This document shows positions 21,137 through 31,109 of a stretch of 64,000 nt of DNA, in pieces; position 1 is the first letter of the stretch; each line of letters begins with the position of its first letter. The translations under genes and the position numbers were made by a program. The stretch lies in assembly GCA_963712115.1 (NCBI GenBank), contig CAVQGX010000019.1, positions 1-64,000 on the forward strand, given 5' to 3'. This DNA is from an uncultured delta proteobacterium. Its GTDB lineage: Bacteria > Desulfobacterota > Syntrophobacteria > BM002. Below the pieces are notes generated by a model. That model was not told where the DNA came from and searched no databases. It was given only the letters and a program-made list of their open reading frames with translations.

Positions 21137-21256
21137 CTGGCGCCCGTTTGGTGTTAATAAAGATCTAGGAATATCATTTAATAAAAAACTAGTTAACCGG
21201 TAGGAAAAATAAGCATTATCTTCTTTTCTGTCAAGAAAAAATCAATCAGAGGCTTT

Positions 21257-21440
21257 TAGCCAGGATGTTTCGTGAATTGGTGTCACGAGACCACGAAGAT
21301 GGGCGTGCCACCGGGCAACCGCAGGGTGTTGGTCCCGAGGCGTACCTGAGTGGTACGTCACAGGGGCCGATGCCCGAGGACGCACGGAAGGACGGCCATA
21401 TCCGTGGTCGTAGTAAGCGATTCATGAAACATCCTGGCTA
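21257..21440 (+). mobile_element. MITE family A copy 1 (184 bp hairpin element)
   Basis: TIR tagccaggatgtttc / gaaacatcctggcta; homologous to 41321 and 42203. Confidence 0.85.
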
Positions 21441-21562
21441 GATGAATGGGGAGGAATTGAGGATTTTAGATTTTAGATTTAAGATTGCAGATTTAAGGAT
21501 ACAGAAGAAGATAATCATACGTTTTCCCAATCTACAATCTTAAATCTTAAATCTAAAATCTC

Positions 21563-22549
21563 TCAGATGTGTAGTTCCACTACATCACCATCCCGAAGGA
21601 TGTAGTCCCGCTGTACCATCTGACCGTCAAACACAACGTCGCCCCAGACCTTGGCTATTTTGAGCTTATCTACGAAATCTTTATGCACCTTACCGGCAAA
21701 ATTCTCCACCGTGCTTCCCCTTTTTAAAACGAAAGGAGCAGTAAGATCAGGTTCCTTGCCGGGTGCTTTGGAATAAACCCGAATGATTTGCAGCTTATCC
21801 ACCAGGGTATTTTTCAGCAGCTCCAGGTTCCGTCCAGTAATGGAGGACACCGAGATCATTGGCCAGTCATTGTCAGTCAGTTCCCGAAAAATCTCGAGGT
21901 TCTCATCAGTGCTCTCATCATCGTTCTTGTTTGCCAATACAAGGAAGGGGATAAACTTCAAGAGCCGCTCCTCCTCGTATTTATCTCGTAGATGGCTGGG
22001 TACTATACGGTTCTCCTCCAGCAAATTAACCGTCTCCTCCAGTTGCTGGACTGGATCTGTTTGCAGGTCCACAACCAACAGAATAAGGTCAGAACGACGG
22101 ATTAGATCCAGTAATTCCGGCTCCACATAGTCACGATTTAGGGGTGGAGTATCCACCAGCTGAACATGGATGTTTTCTACAGGCATCATCCCGGGTGTTG
22201 GCTTCCAAGTAGTGAGGGGAAAATCTGCCACCTCAGGATTGGCATTGGTTAACCTTGCTACTAGAGCAGACTTGCCAACATTGGCCGGGCCGACAACCAC
22301 AACTTGTCCGGCGCCTTCCTTGTCAATCTGAAAAGCAGATTCTCTCTTGCTCGCACCTTTCTTGGCCTGGGAGGCAGCCTTCACTTTGGAAACCCGCCTG
22401 CGAAGATCGGCTCGCAGTTTGTCCGTGCCCTTGTGCTTGGGCAGCAGGGTGAGCATATCCTCCAGGCAGGCAAGCTTCTCCGTGGGGTTCTTGGCCGCCC
22501 GATAGCGCTTTTCGGCTTCTAAGTATTCAGGAGGAAGATTGGCTGGCAT
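21563..22549 (-). CDS. DRG/Rbg-like OBG-family GTPase with TGS domain
   Basis: MPANLPPEY...PKHKGTDKL, GPANVGKS, DTPP, NKND, C-terminal TGS (KVHKDF, LRDGDVVELH). Confidence 0.9.
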   Translation of the reverse strand: MPANLPPEYLEAEKRYRAAKNPTEKLACLEDMLTLLPKHKGTDKLRADLRRRVSKVKAASQAKKGASKRESAFQIDKEGAGQVVVVGPANVGKSALVARLTNANPEVADFPLTTWKPTPGMMPVENIHVQLVDTPPLNRDYVEPELLDLIRRSDLILLVVDLQTDPVQQLEETVNLLEENRIVPSHLRDKYEEERLLKFIPFLVLANKNDDESTDENLEIFRELTDNDWPMISVSSITGRNLELLKNTLVDKLQIIRVYSKAPGKEPDLTAPFVLKRGSTVENFAGKVHKDFVDKLKIAKVWGDVVFDGQMVQRDYILRDGDVVELHI

Positions 22550-22631
22550 TCTTGTTTTAACGAAATTCTTAGGTTATTTGTCCTTCTTTAAAATACGTTA
22601 GAAAACTAGGCAATGCAAGTCAACCAGTGGG

Positions 22632-22859
22632 CCCTGATCCACCATCAAGGCATCATCTGCCGTTCGACAGGCTCACGGCCCTGAGCAAAGTCGAAGGGCG
22701 GCGTTGCCTTCGATCGCTCCTCCTTGCGGCGTATTGCCCCATACGCCTCAGTCGTCGCTCCTCGGTGCCTTGCATCTAATACCTTGCTGGTGATCAGGAA
22801 TACTCCATAAGCCGCTGATTTCAGGCCTGATAACTAAATTAGGCGGTGGATTTGGGTGG
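22632..22859 (-). mobile_element. MITE family B copy 1, with nested REP-like unit
   Basis: Reverse complement of 27106..27353; terminal stem of cctgatcaccagcaagg type. Confidence 0.85.
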
Positions 22860-23086
22860 GAAAGCGGAGGATTCAGAATCTGAGGGGCTATATCTAAAAG
22901 AGCCCGTGCAGATGAAAATGAGCATTGCATCCACAGGGTAACTTATGGCATTTTGTCCTGTGAATATTTATCCTGAGATTTGACCTATGCGCTATGCGGT
23001 CTGGTGCTAGGCGAATCGTTCCATGAGGTTGCTCACCTAAAAAGAAATGATTATAATTAGTTACATTTCTTTTATAGAGGTTAACT

Positions 23087-23302
23087 ATGCCAATTTATGA
23101 GTATCTTTGCTGCTGCTGTAATAGCTGTTTCGAGACCCTGGTATTGCGCTCAGACGAGCCACCTCCTCAATGTCCCCATTGTGGTGACCATAGGGTAGAA
23201 CGTTTACTTTCCTCTTTTGCCTGCACCACCTCTTCTGGGAGCTCGGGCAATGAGACTTCAGTATCTGGATGCGGTAGCACCGGCTTCTCTTGAGCCTCAT
23301 AA
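23087..23302 (+). CDS. FmdB-family zinc-ribbon protein; ends at TGA 23293, or at TAA 23302 if TGA is Sec
   Basis: MPIYEY.C..C..FE...CPHCG..VERLLS; RBS AGAGG. Confidence 0.88.
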
Positions 23303-23381
23303 ATAGGGCGGCGGTGCCGCCCTCTACTTATTTAGCACCCTCCTTGGATCCGTTATCGCATATACAAGGATTTAGATACCT

Positions 23382-24668
23382 GTGCGGTTTCTAGCAGATC
23401 TTCATATTCACTCCCATTACTCGGTGGCCACCAGCAAAGCCATGGAACCTGAGAATCTGCACCGGTGGGCTCAACTCAAAGGTATAACGGTGGTGGGAAC
23501 CGGCGACTGCATCCATCCTGGCTGGCTGGCTGAGCTTCAAGAAAAGCTCCAACCTGCTGAATCTGGACTCTATGAACTCCAATCGGACCTGGCCAAACCT
23601 GTGGATGCAACAGTACCGAATCTTTGCCGGGCCAAGGTGCGTTTTCTTCTCAGTGCTGAGATCAGCAGCATTTATAAAAAAAACGGACGTACCCGCAAGG
23701 TTCACAATCTAATCTTTTTACCGGACGTAGAGACTGCCAGGAGATTGCAAGCAGCATTGGCTCGCATTGGCAACATTCAATCAGACGGTCGCCCCATCCT
23801 GGGCCTGGATGCCAAGGAGTTACTCAAGATAGTAAAGGAGACCTCAGATGCGGCCGTTCTCGTTCCTGCCCACGCCTGGACCCCTCACTTCTCCGTGCTG
23901 GGGGCCAAGTCAGGCTTCGACAGCCTAGAAGAATGCTTCGAGGAACTGACCCCGCTGGTTCCAGCCATTGAGACCGGCCTCTCCTCCGACCCTGCCATGA
24001 ACTGGAGGCTATCATCCTTGGACGGTCTCCGACTTATTTCCAACTCTGACGCCCACTCTCCCGTTAAGCTCATGCGGGAGGCGAATTTATTTGACACTGA
24101 TCTCTCCTATGCCTCTATCATCTCGGCCATTACAGAACCTGACAGCCCCTCCTTCCTGGGCACCTTGGAATTCTTTCCTGAGGAAGGAAAATATCACTAT
24201 GACGGCCATAGGGCTTGCTCCGTCCGCATGGCACCCGAGGACACTAGAAGGAACCGTGGGCGCTGTCCTGAGTGCAATAGCAAAGTCACAGTAGGAGTTA
24301 TGCACCGAGTGGAGGAGCTGGCCGACCATCCCGCTGGAAGGCGTCCGGTCCAGGCCCGTTCTTTCAATTCTATGATCCCTCTGATGGAGATAATCGCCGA
24401 GGTTGAGCGCGTCGGGGCCAACAGCAAAAAGGTCAACACTATCTATTTGGATCTCTTGAGCAGACTGGGAAACGAATATCATGTGCTCATGGAGTCAGAA
24501 ATTAAAAATATCCGCCAGGCAGGGTCAGATCTCCTGGGGGAGGCCATTAACCGCATGCGCACCGGCAAGGTTCGCATTTATCCAGGATACGACGGCGAGT
24601 TCGGCACTATCGAGGTTTTCGCTAGTGAAGAACGTGAACAAATCTCCGGCCAGTTGGGCCTATTTTGA
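23382..24668 (+). CDS. Endonuclease Q family protein (PHP domain + Zn finger)
   Basis: ADLHIHSHYS, GTGD, DGRPILG, PAHAWTP, ETGLSSD, SNSDAHS, GKYHYDGHRAC, CPEC, PGYDGEFG. Confidence 0.92.
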   Translation: MRFLADLHIHSHYSVATSKAMEPENLHRWAQLKGITVVGTGDCIHPGWLAELQEKLQPAESGLYELQSDLAKPVDATVPNLCRAKVRFLLSAEISSIYKKNGRTRKVHNLIFLPDVETARRLQAALARIGNIQSDGRPILGLDAKELLKIVKETSDAAVLVPAHAWTPHFSVLGAKSGFDSLEECFEELTPLVPAIETGLSSDPAMNWRLSSLDGLRLISNSDAHSPVKLMREANLFDTDLSYASIISAITEPDSPSFLGTLEFFPEEGKYHYDGHRACSVRMAPEDTRRNRGRCPECNSKVTVGVMHRVEELADHPAGRRPVQARSFNSMIPLMEIIAEVERVGANSKKVNTIYLDLLSRLGNEYHVLMESEIKNIRQAGSDLLGEAINRMRTGKVRIYPGYDGEFGTIEVFASEEREQISGQLGLF

Positions 24669-24861
24669 TGCGAGCAGTGGATTGTTGATATTCCACCACA
24701 AAGGACACAAAGGGATGCCGGATGTGCGAAGTGAGATGTGTGGGGCCCACACTCTTGTCCTTCTCACATCCCACATCCCATATCCCACATCTCTTGATTT
24801 TTTGTCTCCTTTGTGCTCTTCGTGGTTTTTGGTTTTGTTCTTTTTTGTCAATGGATGAAGT

Positions 24862-26850
24862 ATGTCGGTAGATCTGAATGAATCTCAGCGTTTGGCCGTT
24901 GAACACAGCGAAGGTCCTCTCCTTATCCTTGCTGGTGCAGGCACCGGCAAGACCAGGGTGCTTACTTGTCGTCTCGCTCATCTTATCGAGAAAAAGCTCG
25001 TCAAACCCAACCAGGTCATGGCGGTGACATTTGCCCGCAAAGCCGCTTTGGAAATGGCCGCCCGTCTCAAGAATTTGTTGTCCCAACCCTCCAGGATAGG
25101 AGAAATTCCCATAGGTACCTTTCACTCTCTTTCCGGCTCCCTGCTCCGTGAGAGCACAAACTCAACAGTAAAGCTGGAACTCCTTCCTGAGGCCAAACAG
25201 TTGGATCTCATAAAAGAGGTCCTCCGAGAGCTCTCTTTGTCAGGGCCTGATTGGCAGCCCCTGGATGTAAGCCGCAAAATCTCCTTGGCTAAAGGGAGGC
25301 TCCTTTCCCCCGACGATCTGGCCAGCGATAATGAAAGTCAAATAGCCACAGTGTACCGGATTTATCAGTACACTTTGGAAAAAAATAATTTTCTGGATTT
25401 CGACGATTTAATTAGTAGGCTGGTTCTTCGCTGGGAAGGAGAGCCTATGCTCCTTGCCCGGCACCAAAGACTATTCAGGATGATTTTGGTAGATGAATTT
25501 CAGGACGTAAATAAGGCCCAATACCGCTGGCTCCAACTCCTAGCCGGACCGCACCGTAACCTGTGCGTTGTGGGGGATACAGATCAATCCATTTACGGTT
25601 TTCGTGGCTCCCATGTAACCATTTTCCAGCGGTTTCAGGAAGATTTTTCTGACACACGGGTGATAAAGCTGGAGCAAAACTATCGCTCCAGCCAGCGTAT
25701 TTTGGAAGCTGCAGTTGAGGTTATTTCTCATAATGCCAATCCTCTTACCTGTAAGCTTTGGAGCGAGGGTGTTCCTGGTTCACCTCTCCGACTAGGTCGA
25801 CTTGGTGACGACAAACAAGAGGCTCGCTTTATAGTGAATGAAATTGACAGGCTTGTGGGCGGGAGCAGTCACTATCAGATCTACCAGAGCAAAGACATTA
25901 GGGCCCCAGAGGGAGATCAATACAGCTTCAGTGACTTTGCTATACTTTATCGGACCCATGCCCAAAGCCGCCCACTGGTCGAGGCTTTTTCCAGCGCCGG
26001 CATCCCCTTCCAAGTCGTAGGAGAAAAAGCTCCCTTTGCAACCCAAGCTGCAGACGCGCTACTCGCATACCTTTGCTATGCCGTGGACACCTCCAGCAGC
26101 AAAAATCTTAAAATTATTTTTAACCTCCCTCCCCGAGGTCTTGGCGACAAAGCCTGGCAGTGGCTGGCTGGGGAGATTGACAAGGGGACCAGCTCCTGGG
26201 AGGCTTTGCGTCTGGCCAGTAGAAATCGTGGTTTTCCTGTGCGTTACCAGTCAGCTACTGATCTTCTGAGGCGCGCCATTATTTCACTGCAAAACTTTAT
26301 GGTCGAACTGCCACTGGCGGAAATGTTAGCAAGAGCCTGGGAGGAAACTGGCCTGCGCCAGTATTTTGCTGAAGTAGCTTCAGCACAAGAAAGCTTTAGC
26401 TGGCTTCATCTACTTGCTGGACTCCATGGTGATAAACCGGCAATTGAGACCTTACCCTCTTTCCTTGATGACCTATCCCAGTGGCGGGCTGGTGACTTTT
26501 TCGATCCCCGGGCTGATGCGGTGGCAATGATGACCTTGCATGCAGCGAAAGGTTTAGAGTTCCCCGTGGTCTTCATCTGCGGTCTGGATCAAGATCTCCT
26601 TCCACTGGCTCACAAAAATCAAGACCAGGAAGCTCTACAGGAGGAGCGTCGACTCTTTTACGTGGCTATGACTAGAGCCCGCCATCGTCTAATACTTTCA
26701 ACGGTCGATCGTCGGTCCTTCTATGGGGAATACCGGACTTGCAAGCCTTCGACTTTTATCAAAGAAATCCCGGCCCACTGTGTTGAAGCAGTGTCCCCCC
26801 CCATAAAGAAGAAGAAACCCCCGAAGGAAAAGCAGCTTACTTTGTTTTGA
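24862..26850 (+). CDS. UvrD/PcrA-family SF1 helicase
   Basis: AGAGTGKT, VDEFQD, VGDTDQSIYGFRG, LEQNYRS, MTLHAAKGLEF, EERRLFYVAMTRA. Confidence 0.95.
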   Translation: MSVDLNESQRLAVEHSEGPLLILAGAGTGKTRVLTCRLAHLIEKKLVKPNQVMAVTFARKAALEMAARLKNLLSQPSRIGEIPIGTFHSLSGSLLRESTNSTVKLELLPEAKQLDLIKEVLRELSLSGPDWQPLDVSRKISLAKGRLLSPDDLASDNESQIATVYRIYQYTLEKNNFLDFDDLISRLVLRWEGEPMLLARHQRLFRMILVDEFQDVNKAQYRWLQLLAGPHRNLCVVGDTDQSIYGFRGSHVTIFQRFQEDFSDTRVIKLEQNYRSSQRILEAAVEVISHNANPLTCKLWSEGVPGSPLRLGRLGDDKQEARFIVNEIDRLVGGSSHYQIYQSKDIRAPEGDQYSFSDFAILYRTHAQSRPLVEAFSSAGIPFQVVGEKAPFATQAADALLAYLCYAVDTSSSKNLKIIFNLPPRGLGDKAWQWLAGEIDKGTSSWEALRLASRNRGFPVRYQSATDLLRRAIISLQNFMVELPLAEMLARAWEETGLRQYFAEVASAQESFSWLHLLAGLHGDKPAIETLPSFLDDLSQWRAGDFFDPRADAVAMMTLHAAKGLEFPVVFICGLDQDLLPLAHKNQDQEALQEERRLFYVAMTRARHRLILSTVDRRSFYGEYRTCKPSTFIKEIPAHCVEAVSPPIKKKKPPKEKQLTLF

Positions 26851-26863
26851 CGCATGGCGCATG

Positions 26864-27064
26864 GAGCAGGTTCAATATCAAATTCGAAATCCTAAGCACG
26901 AAGCACTAAACAAATCCGAATTACCAAAATCCAAATGACCCAAACGGGATAAATCAAATCGATATTAATAGTTCTCGTTTTGAACATTGGAGAATTGGAA
27001 ATTTGAATTTGTTTCGATTTGATATTCGGATTTCGGATTTATCTGCTAGCCCCATGCCCTGTGC
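26864..27064 (+). repeat. AT-rich hairpin repeat family C copy 1
   Basis: aaattcgaaatcc...ggatttcggattt; near-identical to 41104..41317. Confidence 0.85.
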
Positions 27065-27105
27065 TCCATGCCCGCCAAAGCCTGGGCGAAGGCGGGTGGT
27101 TGCTG

Positions 27106-27353
27106 CCGCCCAAATCCACCGTCTAATTTAATTATCAGGACTGAAGTCAAGGGCTTATGGAGTATTCCTGATCACCAGCAAGGTATTAGATGCAAGGCGC
27201 CGAGGAGCGACGCCTGAGGCGTATGGAGCAATACGCCGCAAGCATGCCCCCGCGAAGGCGGGGGAGGAGCGATCGAAGGCAACGCCGCCCTTCGACTTTG
27301 CTCAGGGCCGTGAGCCTGTCGAACGGCAGATGATGCCTTGCTGGTGATCAGGG
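27106..27353 (+). mobile_element. MITE family B copy 2, with an extra 21-bp palindromic insert
   Basis: Perfect 17-bp TIR cctgatcaccagcaagg (27167) / ccttgctggtgatcagg (27352). Confidence 0.85.
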
Positions 27354-27422
27354 TGCCAGCTGGTGAGTTGCTCTTTACCCTCCTTTGTGGTAACTCCAAA
27401 AATTGATTGGAGAAATGTGATA

Positions 27423-29540
27423 ATGGCCGGTCAAAGCTTAAATAGCCCCGCTGTTAACTCATTGCCTCTGCAGCCTGTAGAGGCAATCAAAGGTGTAGGG
27501 CCTCGATTGGCTCGTCACCTCAAAGCCAAAGGCTTGATCACCGTAGAAGATCTTCTTTTCAATCTGCCTCTGGGCTATCTGGATCAGCGGGGCGGCCTAC
27601 AGATCAGCAGGCTGCGCCCAGGCGATTACGTCAGTTTTGTGGCCACAGTTTTAGGCGCCCGCGAGGTCCAATATCGCCGCCGCAAAATCTACCAAGTAAC
27701 CCTCAGCGATGGCACCGGTATGGTAACAGCCAAATGGTTCCACTACGGCCGTTGGCTGATTCAGCGCTTTCAGCGGATAAAAGGGAGCCTTAGGGTGAGC
27801 GGTACTTTGCGTGTCTTCGCCGGACATCTGGAGATTCATCACCCGGAGATTGAGGAAGAAGAGGTAGCGACTGAAGAAGATGGTGGCGGGATAGTGCCCC
27901 GTTACAGCCCCATACCCGGAGTAGCCCCGCGAGCCTATCGCCGCATTATGAAGGAGGTGGTAGACAGCTTCGTTCCCCAGTTGGTGGAGACTTTTCCTGA
28001 TGCTGTGCGTCAATACTTCAAACTTCTTGACTTGCAGAGTGCATTGCGCCAGGTTCACTTCCCAAAGGAATTGTCGGAAGCCGAGAAAACTCGAAAGCTC
28101 TCACCTGGATTACGCCGGCTTATTTTCGAAGAACTCTTCTTCCTGGAACTCCTGATCATTCGAAGTCGGGAGGAGTTGTCCAGTGAAACCGGTCATCCCA
28201 TGATCCTTAATCGAGATTTCCTGGGCCGAGTGGGCAAATTGCTCCCTTTCAGCCTCACTAAAGCTCAAAAGAGGGTTATGCGAGAGATCGCTGCCGACCT
28301 CGGTCAAAAGCGTCCCATGAACCGACTGATCCAGGGAGATGTAGGTTGCGGCAAGACTATAGTCGCCCTACTCACGGCACTCATAGTGATTTCCAATGGA
28401 TTTCAGGCTGCAGTGATGGCGCCCACCGAGATTCTGGCCCACCAACACTTTGTCAATTTGAAGCCCTTTGCCGAACCTCTTGGGGTGGACCTGGTCCTAT
28501 TAACCTCCAAGCTAAAGTCGAAGGAGAAGCAGTCAAGCACAGAGGCTATTGCCAGCGGTGAGGCTCGTCTGGTAATCGGCACCCATGCGTTGGTCCAAAA
28601 GCACGTCACTTTTAAGCGACTTGGCCTGGTGATCATAGATGAGCAACATCGTTTCGGCGTACTCCAACGGTTGGCCCTCAGGCACAAGGGTGGGAGTCCT
28701 CACGTCCTGGTAATGACTGCAACCCCCATACCGCGGACTTTAGCAATGACCGTATATGGCGATTTAGATGTTTCTGTTATTGATGAACTCCCGCCCGGTA
28801 GAACTCCAGTGGAAACCCAATTAATACATGCCAAGCAAAGGAAGAAGGCTTACGAGCTTCTGCGGCAAGAGTTTACTCGAGGCCGGCAAGCCTACATCAT
28901 CTATCCTTTGGTAGAGGAATCTGAAAAGTCAGATTTGAAAGATGTCACCACCATGACTGAGCATCTGCAAAAAGAGATCTTCCCTGACATCCCTATGGCT
29001 ATGCTACACGGCCGCATGGCTGGGGAAGAAAAACAGAAGATCATGACTGCTTTTGCCAGTAAACAATTACAGCTTCTAGTTGCCACCACAGTAATCGAGG
29101 TGGGAATTGATGTACCAGACGCCACTGTAATGGTTGTTGAACATCCGGAGAGATTCGGGCTCTCTCAGCTTCACCAACTACGAGGCCGGGTGGGGCGCAG
29201 CAGCCACCGTTCCTATTGCCTTTTAATCTACGAAGGTGGTGGTCTGGAAACGAGACAACGGCTGGCCATTATGGAACAAAGCAACGATGGCTTTCGGATC
29301 GCCGAAGAAGATTTGCGTATACGAGGTCCGGGTGACCTGATTGGGGTTCATCAAGCTGGCTTCATTGACCTAAAGCTGGCAAATTTAGTCCGGGATGCAG
29401 ACACACTGGCGGCAGCGAGGCAAGCCGCTTTGACTCTAATGAAAAAGGACCCCAAATTGACAAAATCAGCCCATGCAGCCATTAAAGACAAAATCCAGCG
29501 ACAGAGCTTGCAGGCTGCCGAGCTGCTGAAGACTTCCTAG
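27423..29540 (+). CDS. recG: ATP-dependent DNA helicase RecG
   Basis: IKGVGP, QGDVGCGKT, DEQHRFG, MTATPIPRT, QLHQLRGRVGR, EDLRIRGPG. Confidence 0.97.
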   Translation: MAGQSLNSPAVNSLPLQPVEAIKGVGPRLARHLKAKGLITVEDLLFNLPLGYLDQRGGLQISRLRPGDYVSFVATVLGAREVQYRRRKIYQVTLSDGTGMVTAKWFHYGRWLIQRFQRIKGSLRVSGTLRVFAGHLEIHHPEIEEEEVATEEDGGGIVPRYSPIPGVAPRAYRRIMKEVVDSFVPQLVETFPDAVRQYFKLLDLQSALRQVHFPKELSEAEKTRKLSPGLRRLIFEELFFLELLIIRSREELSSETGHPMILNRDFLGRVGKLLPFSLTKAQKRVMREIAADLGQKRPMNRLIQGDVGCGKTIVALLTALIVISNGFQAAVMAPTEILAHQHFVNLKPFAEPLGVDLVLLTSKLKSKEKQSSTEAIASGEARLVIGTHALVQKHVTFKRLGLVIIDEQHRFGVLQRLALRHKGGSPHVLVMTATPIPRTLAMTVYGDLDVSVIDELPPGRTPVETQLIHAKQRKKAYELLRQEFTRGRQAYIIYPLVEESEKSDLKDVTTMTEHLQKEIFPDIPMAMLHGRMAGEEKQKIMTAFASKQLQLLVATTVIEVGIDVPDATVMVVEHPERFGLSQLHQLRGRVGRSSHRSYCLLIYEGGGLETRQRLAIMEQSNDGFRIAEEDLRIRGPGDLIGVHQAGFIDLKLANLVRDADTLAAARQAALTLMKKDPKLTKSAHAAIKDKIQRQSLQAAELLKTS

Positions 29541-29692
29541 TTTCCAGGGTTTTAGGTGTCAGGTTTCAGAGGGAGAATGGAACCACAGAGAGCACAGAGG
29601 TGATTGCAGATTTGGAAACTTTCTAGTTCCTACTTTTGCCAATCTACAATCTGAAATCTAAAATCACCTGTGGCAGCATCAGGATTAGAGCT

Positions 29693-30913
29693 ATGCAAAG
29701 GTTAATTTCCTTACTAGGCATTCCAGGGCTTTTACTCATTGCCTTTATTTTCTCCAAGGACCGACGGAAGCTCCCATACAAAATAATTCTGGGGGGCATT
29801 GGTCTTCAGTTTATCTTTGCCCTTGTGGTTTTGCGCACCCGGATCGGCCATAAGATTTTCTATTGGGTGGGCCGGGGTGCCGAGAAGTTGATTGGTTTTA
29901 CCCAATCGGGCTCCACCTTCGTCTTTGGTGATCTCATGAATGTTGAAAAATTCGGCTTTATCATCGCCTTTCAAGTTTTGCCGGTGATCATCTTTTTTTC
30001 TTCCCTGTCGGCTATCCTTTACCATTTCGGCATTTTGCAGTGGTTGGTGCGACAAATGGCACGTATCTTTACTCGCACATTGGGTGTTTCTGGGGCAGAG
30101 GCCCTCAGTGTTGCAGCCAATGTGTTCGTCGGCATGGTGGAAGCACCCATTCTAGTTAGACCCTATGTAGAAAAAATGACCGAATCGGAACTCTTCTGTC
30201 TAATGAGCGCCGGCATGGCAACCATCGCCGGCAGTGTCATGGCAGCTTACATCGGCATCCTTCAGCCTCACTTTCCGCAAGTGGCAGGTCATATCCTCTC
30301 GGCCAGCCTTATGAGTGCACCTGCAGCCGTGGTAATTGCCAAAATCATGATCCCTGAAAGCGAAACTCCCCTCACAGCCGGCAAAGTCCAGATTACCTAC
30401 GAAAAACAGGACGTAAATTTCATTGACGCCGCCGCCCGTGGTGCCATCGACGGAGTACATTTGGCCATCTTTGTTGCTGCCATGCTCATTGCCTTCATCG
30501 CTCTGGTAGCCATGGTCAATGCTTTTTTTGGCTTGTTCGGCACTAGCTTTGAGACCATTTTGGGTTGGCTCTTCGCCCCCATTGCCTTTCTCATGGGGAT
30601 TCCTTGGAAAGAAGCGGTTCAGGTGGGATCATTGCTGGGGCAAAAGACAGTACTGAACGAGTTTGTCGCTTACCTGAACCTGGCCAAGGGACTGGCCAGT
30701 GGTGAGATTAGCCTGAGTGGACGTTCCCTCACCATAGCAACCTATGCCCTCTGCGGCTTTGCCAATTTCGGCTCCCTCGGCATCATGATAGCCGGCATAG
30801 GGGGTATGGCCCCAAGCAAACGCCATGTTCTGGCAAGACTGGGAATCCTCTCTATTATTTCAGGTTCTTTGGCTGCTTTTCTCACCGCTACCATCGCGGG
30901 AGTCTTGGTGTAA
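29693..30913 (+). CDS. Concentrative nucleoside transporter (NupC/CNT family)
   Basis: AFQVLPVIIFFS, GMATIAGS, LNEFVAY, YALCGFANFGS. Confidence 0.93.
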   Translation: MQRLISLLGIPGLLLIAFIFSKDRRKLPYKIILGGIGLQFIFALVVLRTRIGHKIFYWVGRGAEKLIGFTQSGSTFVFGDLMNVEKFGFIIAFQVLPVIIFFSSLSAILYHFGILQWLVRQMARIFTRTLGVSGAEALSVAANVFVGMVEAPILVRPYVEKMTESELFCLMSAGMATIAGSVMAAYIGILQPHFPQVAGHILSASLMSAPAAVVIAKIMIPESETPLTAGKVQITYEKQDVNFIDAAARGAIDGVHLAIFVAAMLIAFIALVAMVNAFFGLFGTSFETILGWLFAPIAFLMGIPWKEAVQVGSLLGQKTVLNEFVAYLNLAKGLASGEISLSGRSLTIATYALCGFANFGSLGIMIAGIGGMAPSKRHVLARLGILSIISGSLAAFLTATIAGVLV

Positions 30914-31109
30914 AAATAATAACGCAAAGCGCAGAGCGCCAAGCGCGAAGCGTTTGCTATTTACCGTTTACTATCATTTTCGCTATGCGCTATGCTCTTT
31001 GCGTCAACCTTGACCTTTGCTCCCCCATTAAGTATGGGTTAAATTTTCTAGGTCAAATATTCTCTTTACTTGAAATAGCGAAAAAATCGTCCATTGAAAA
31101 AAACGGATA

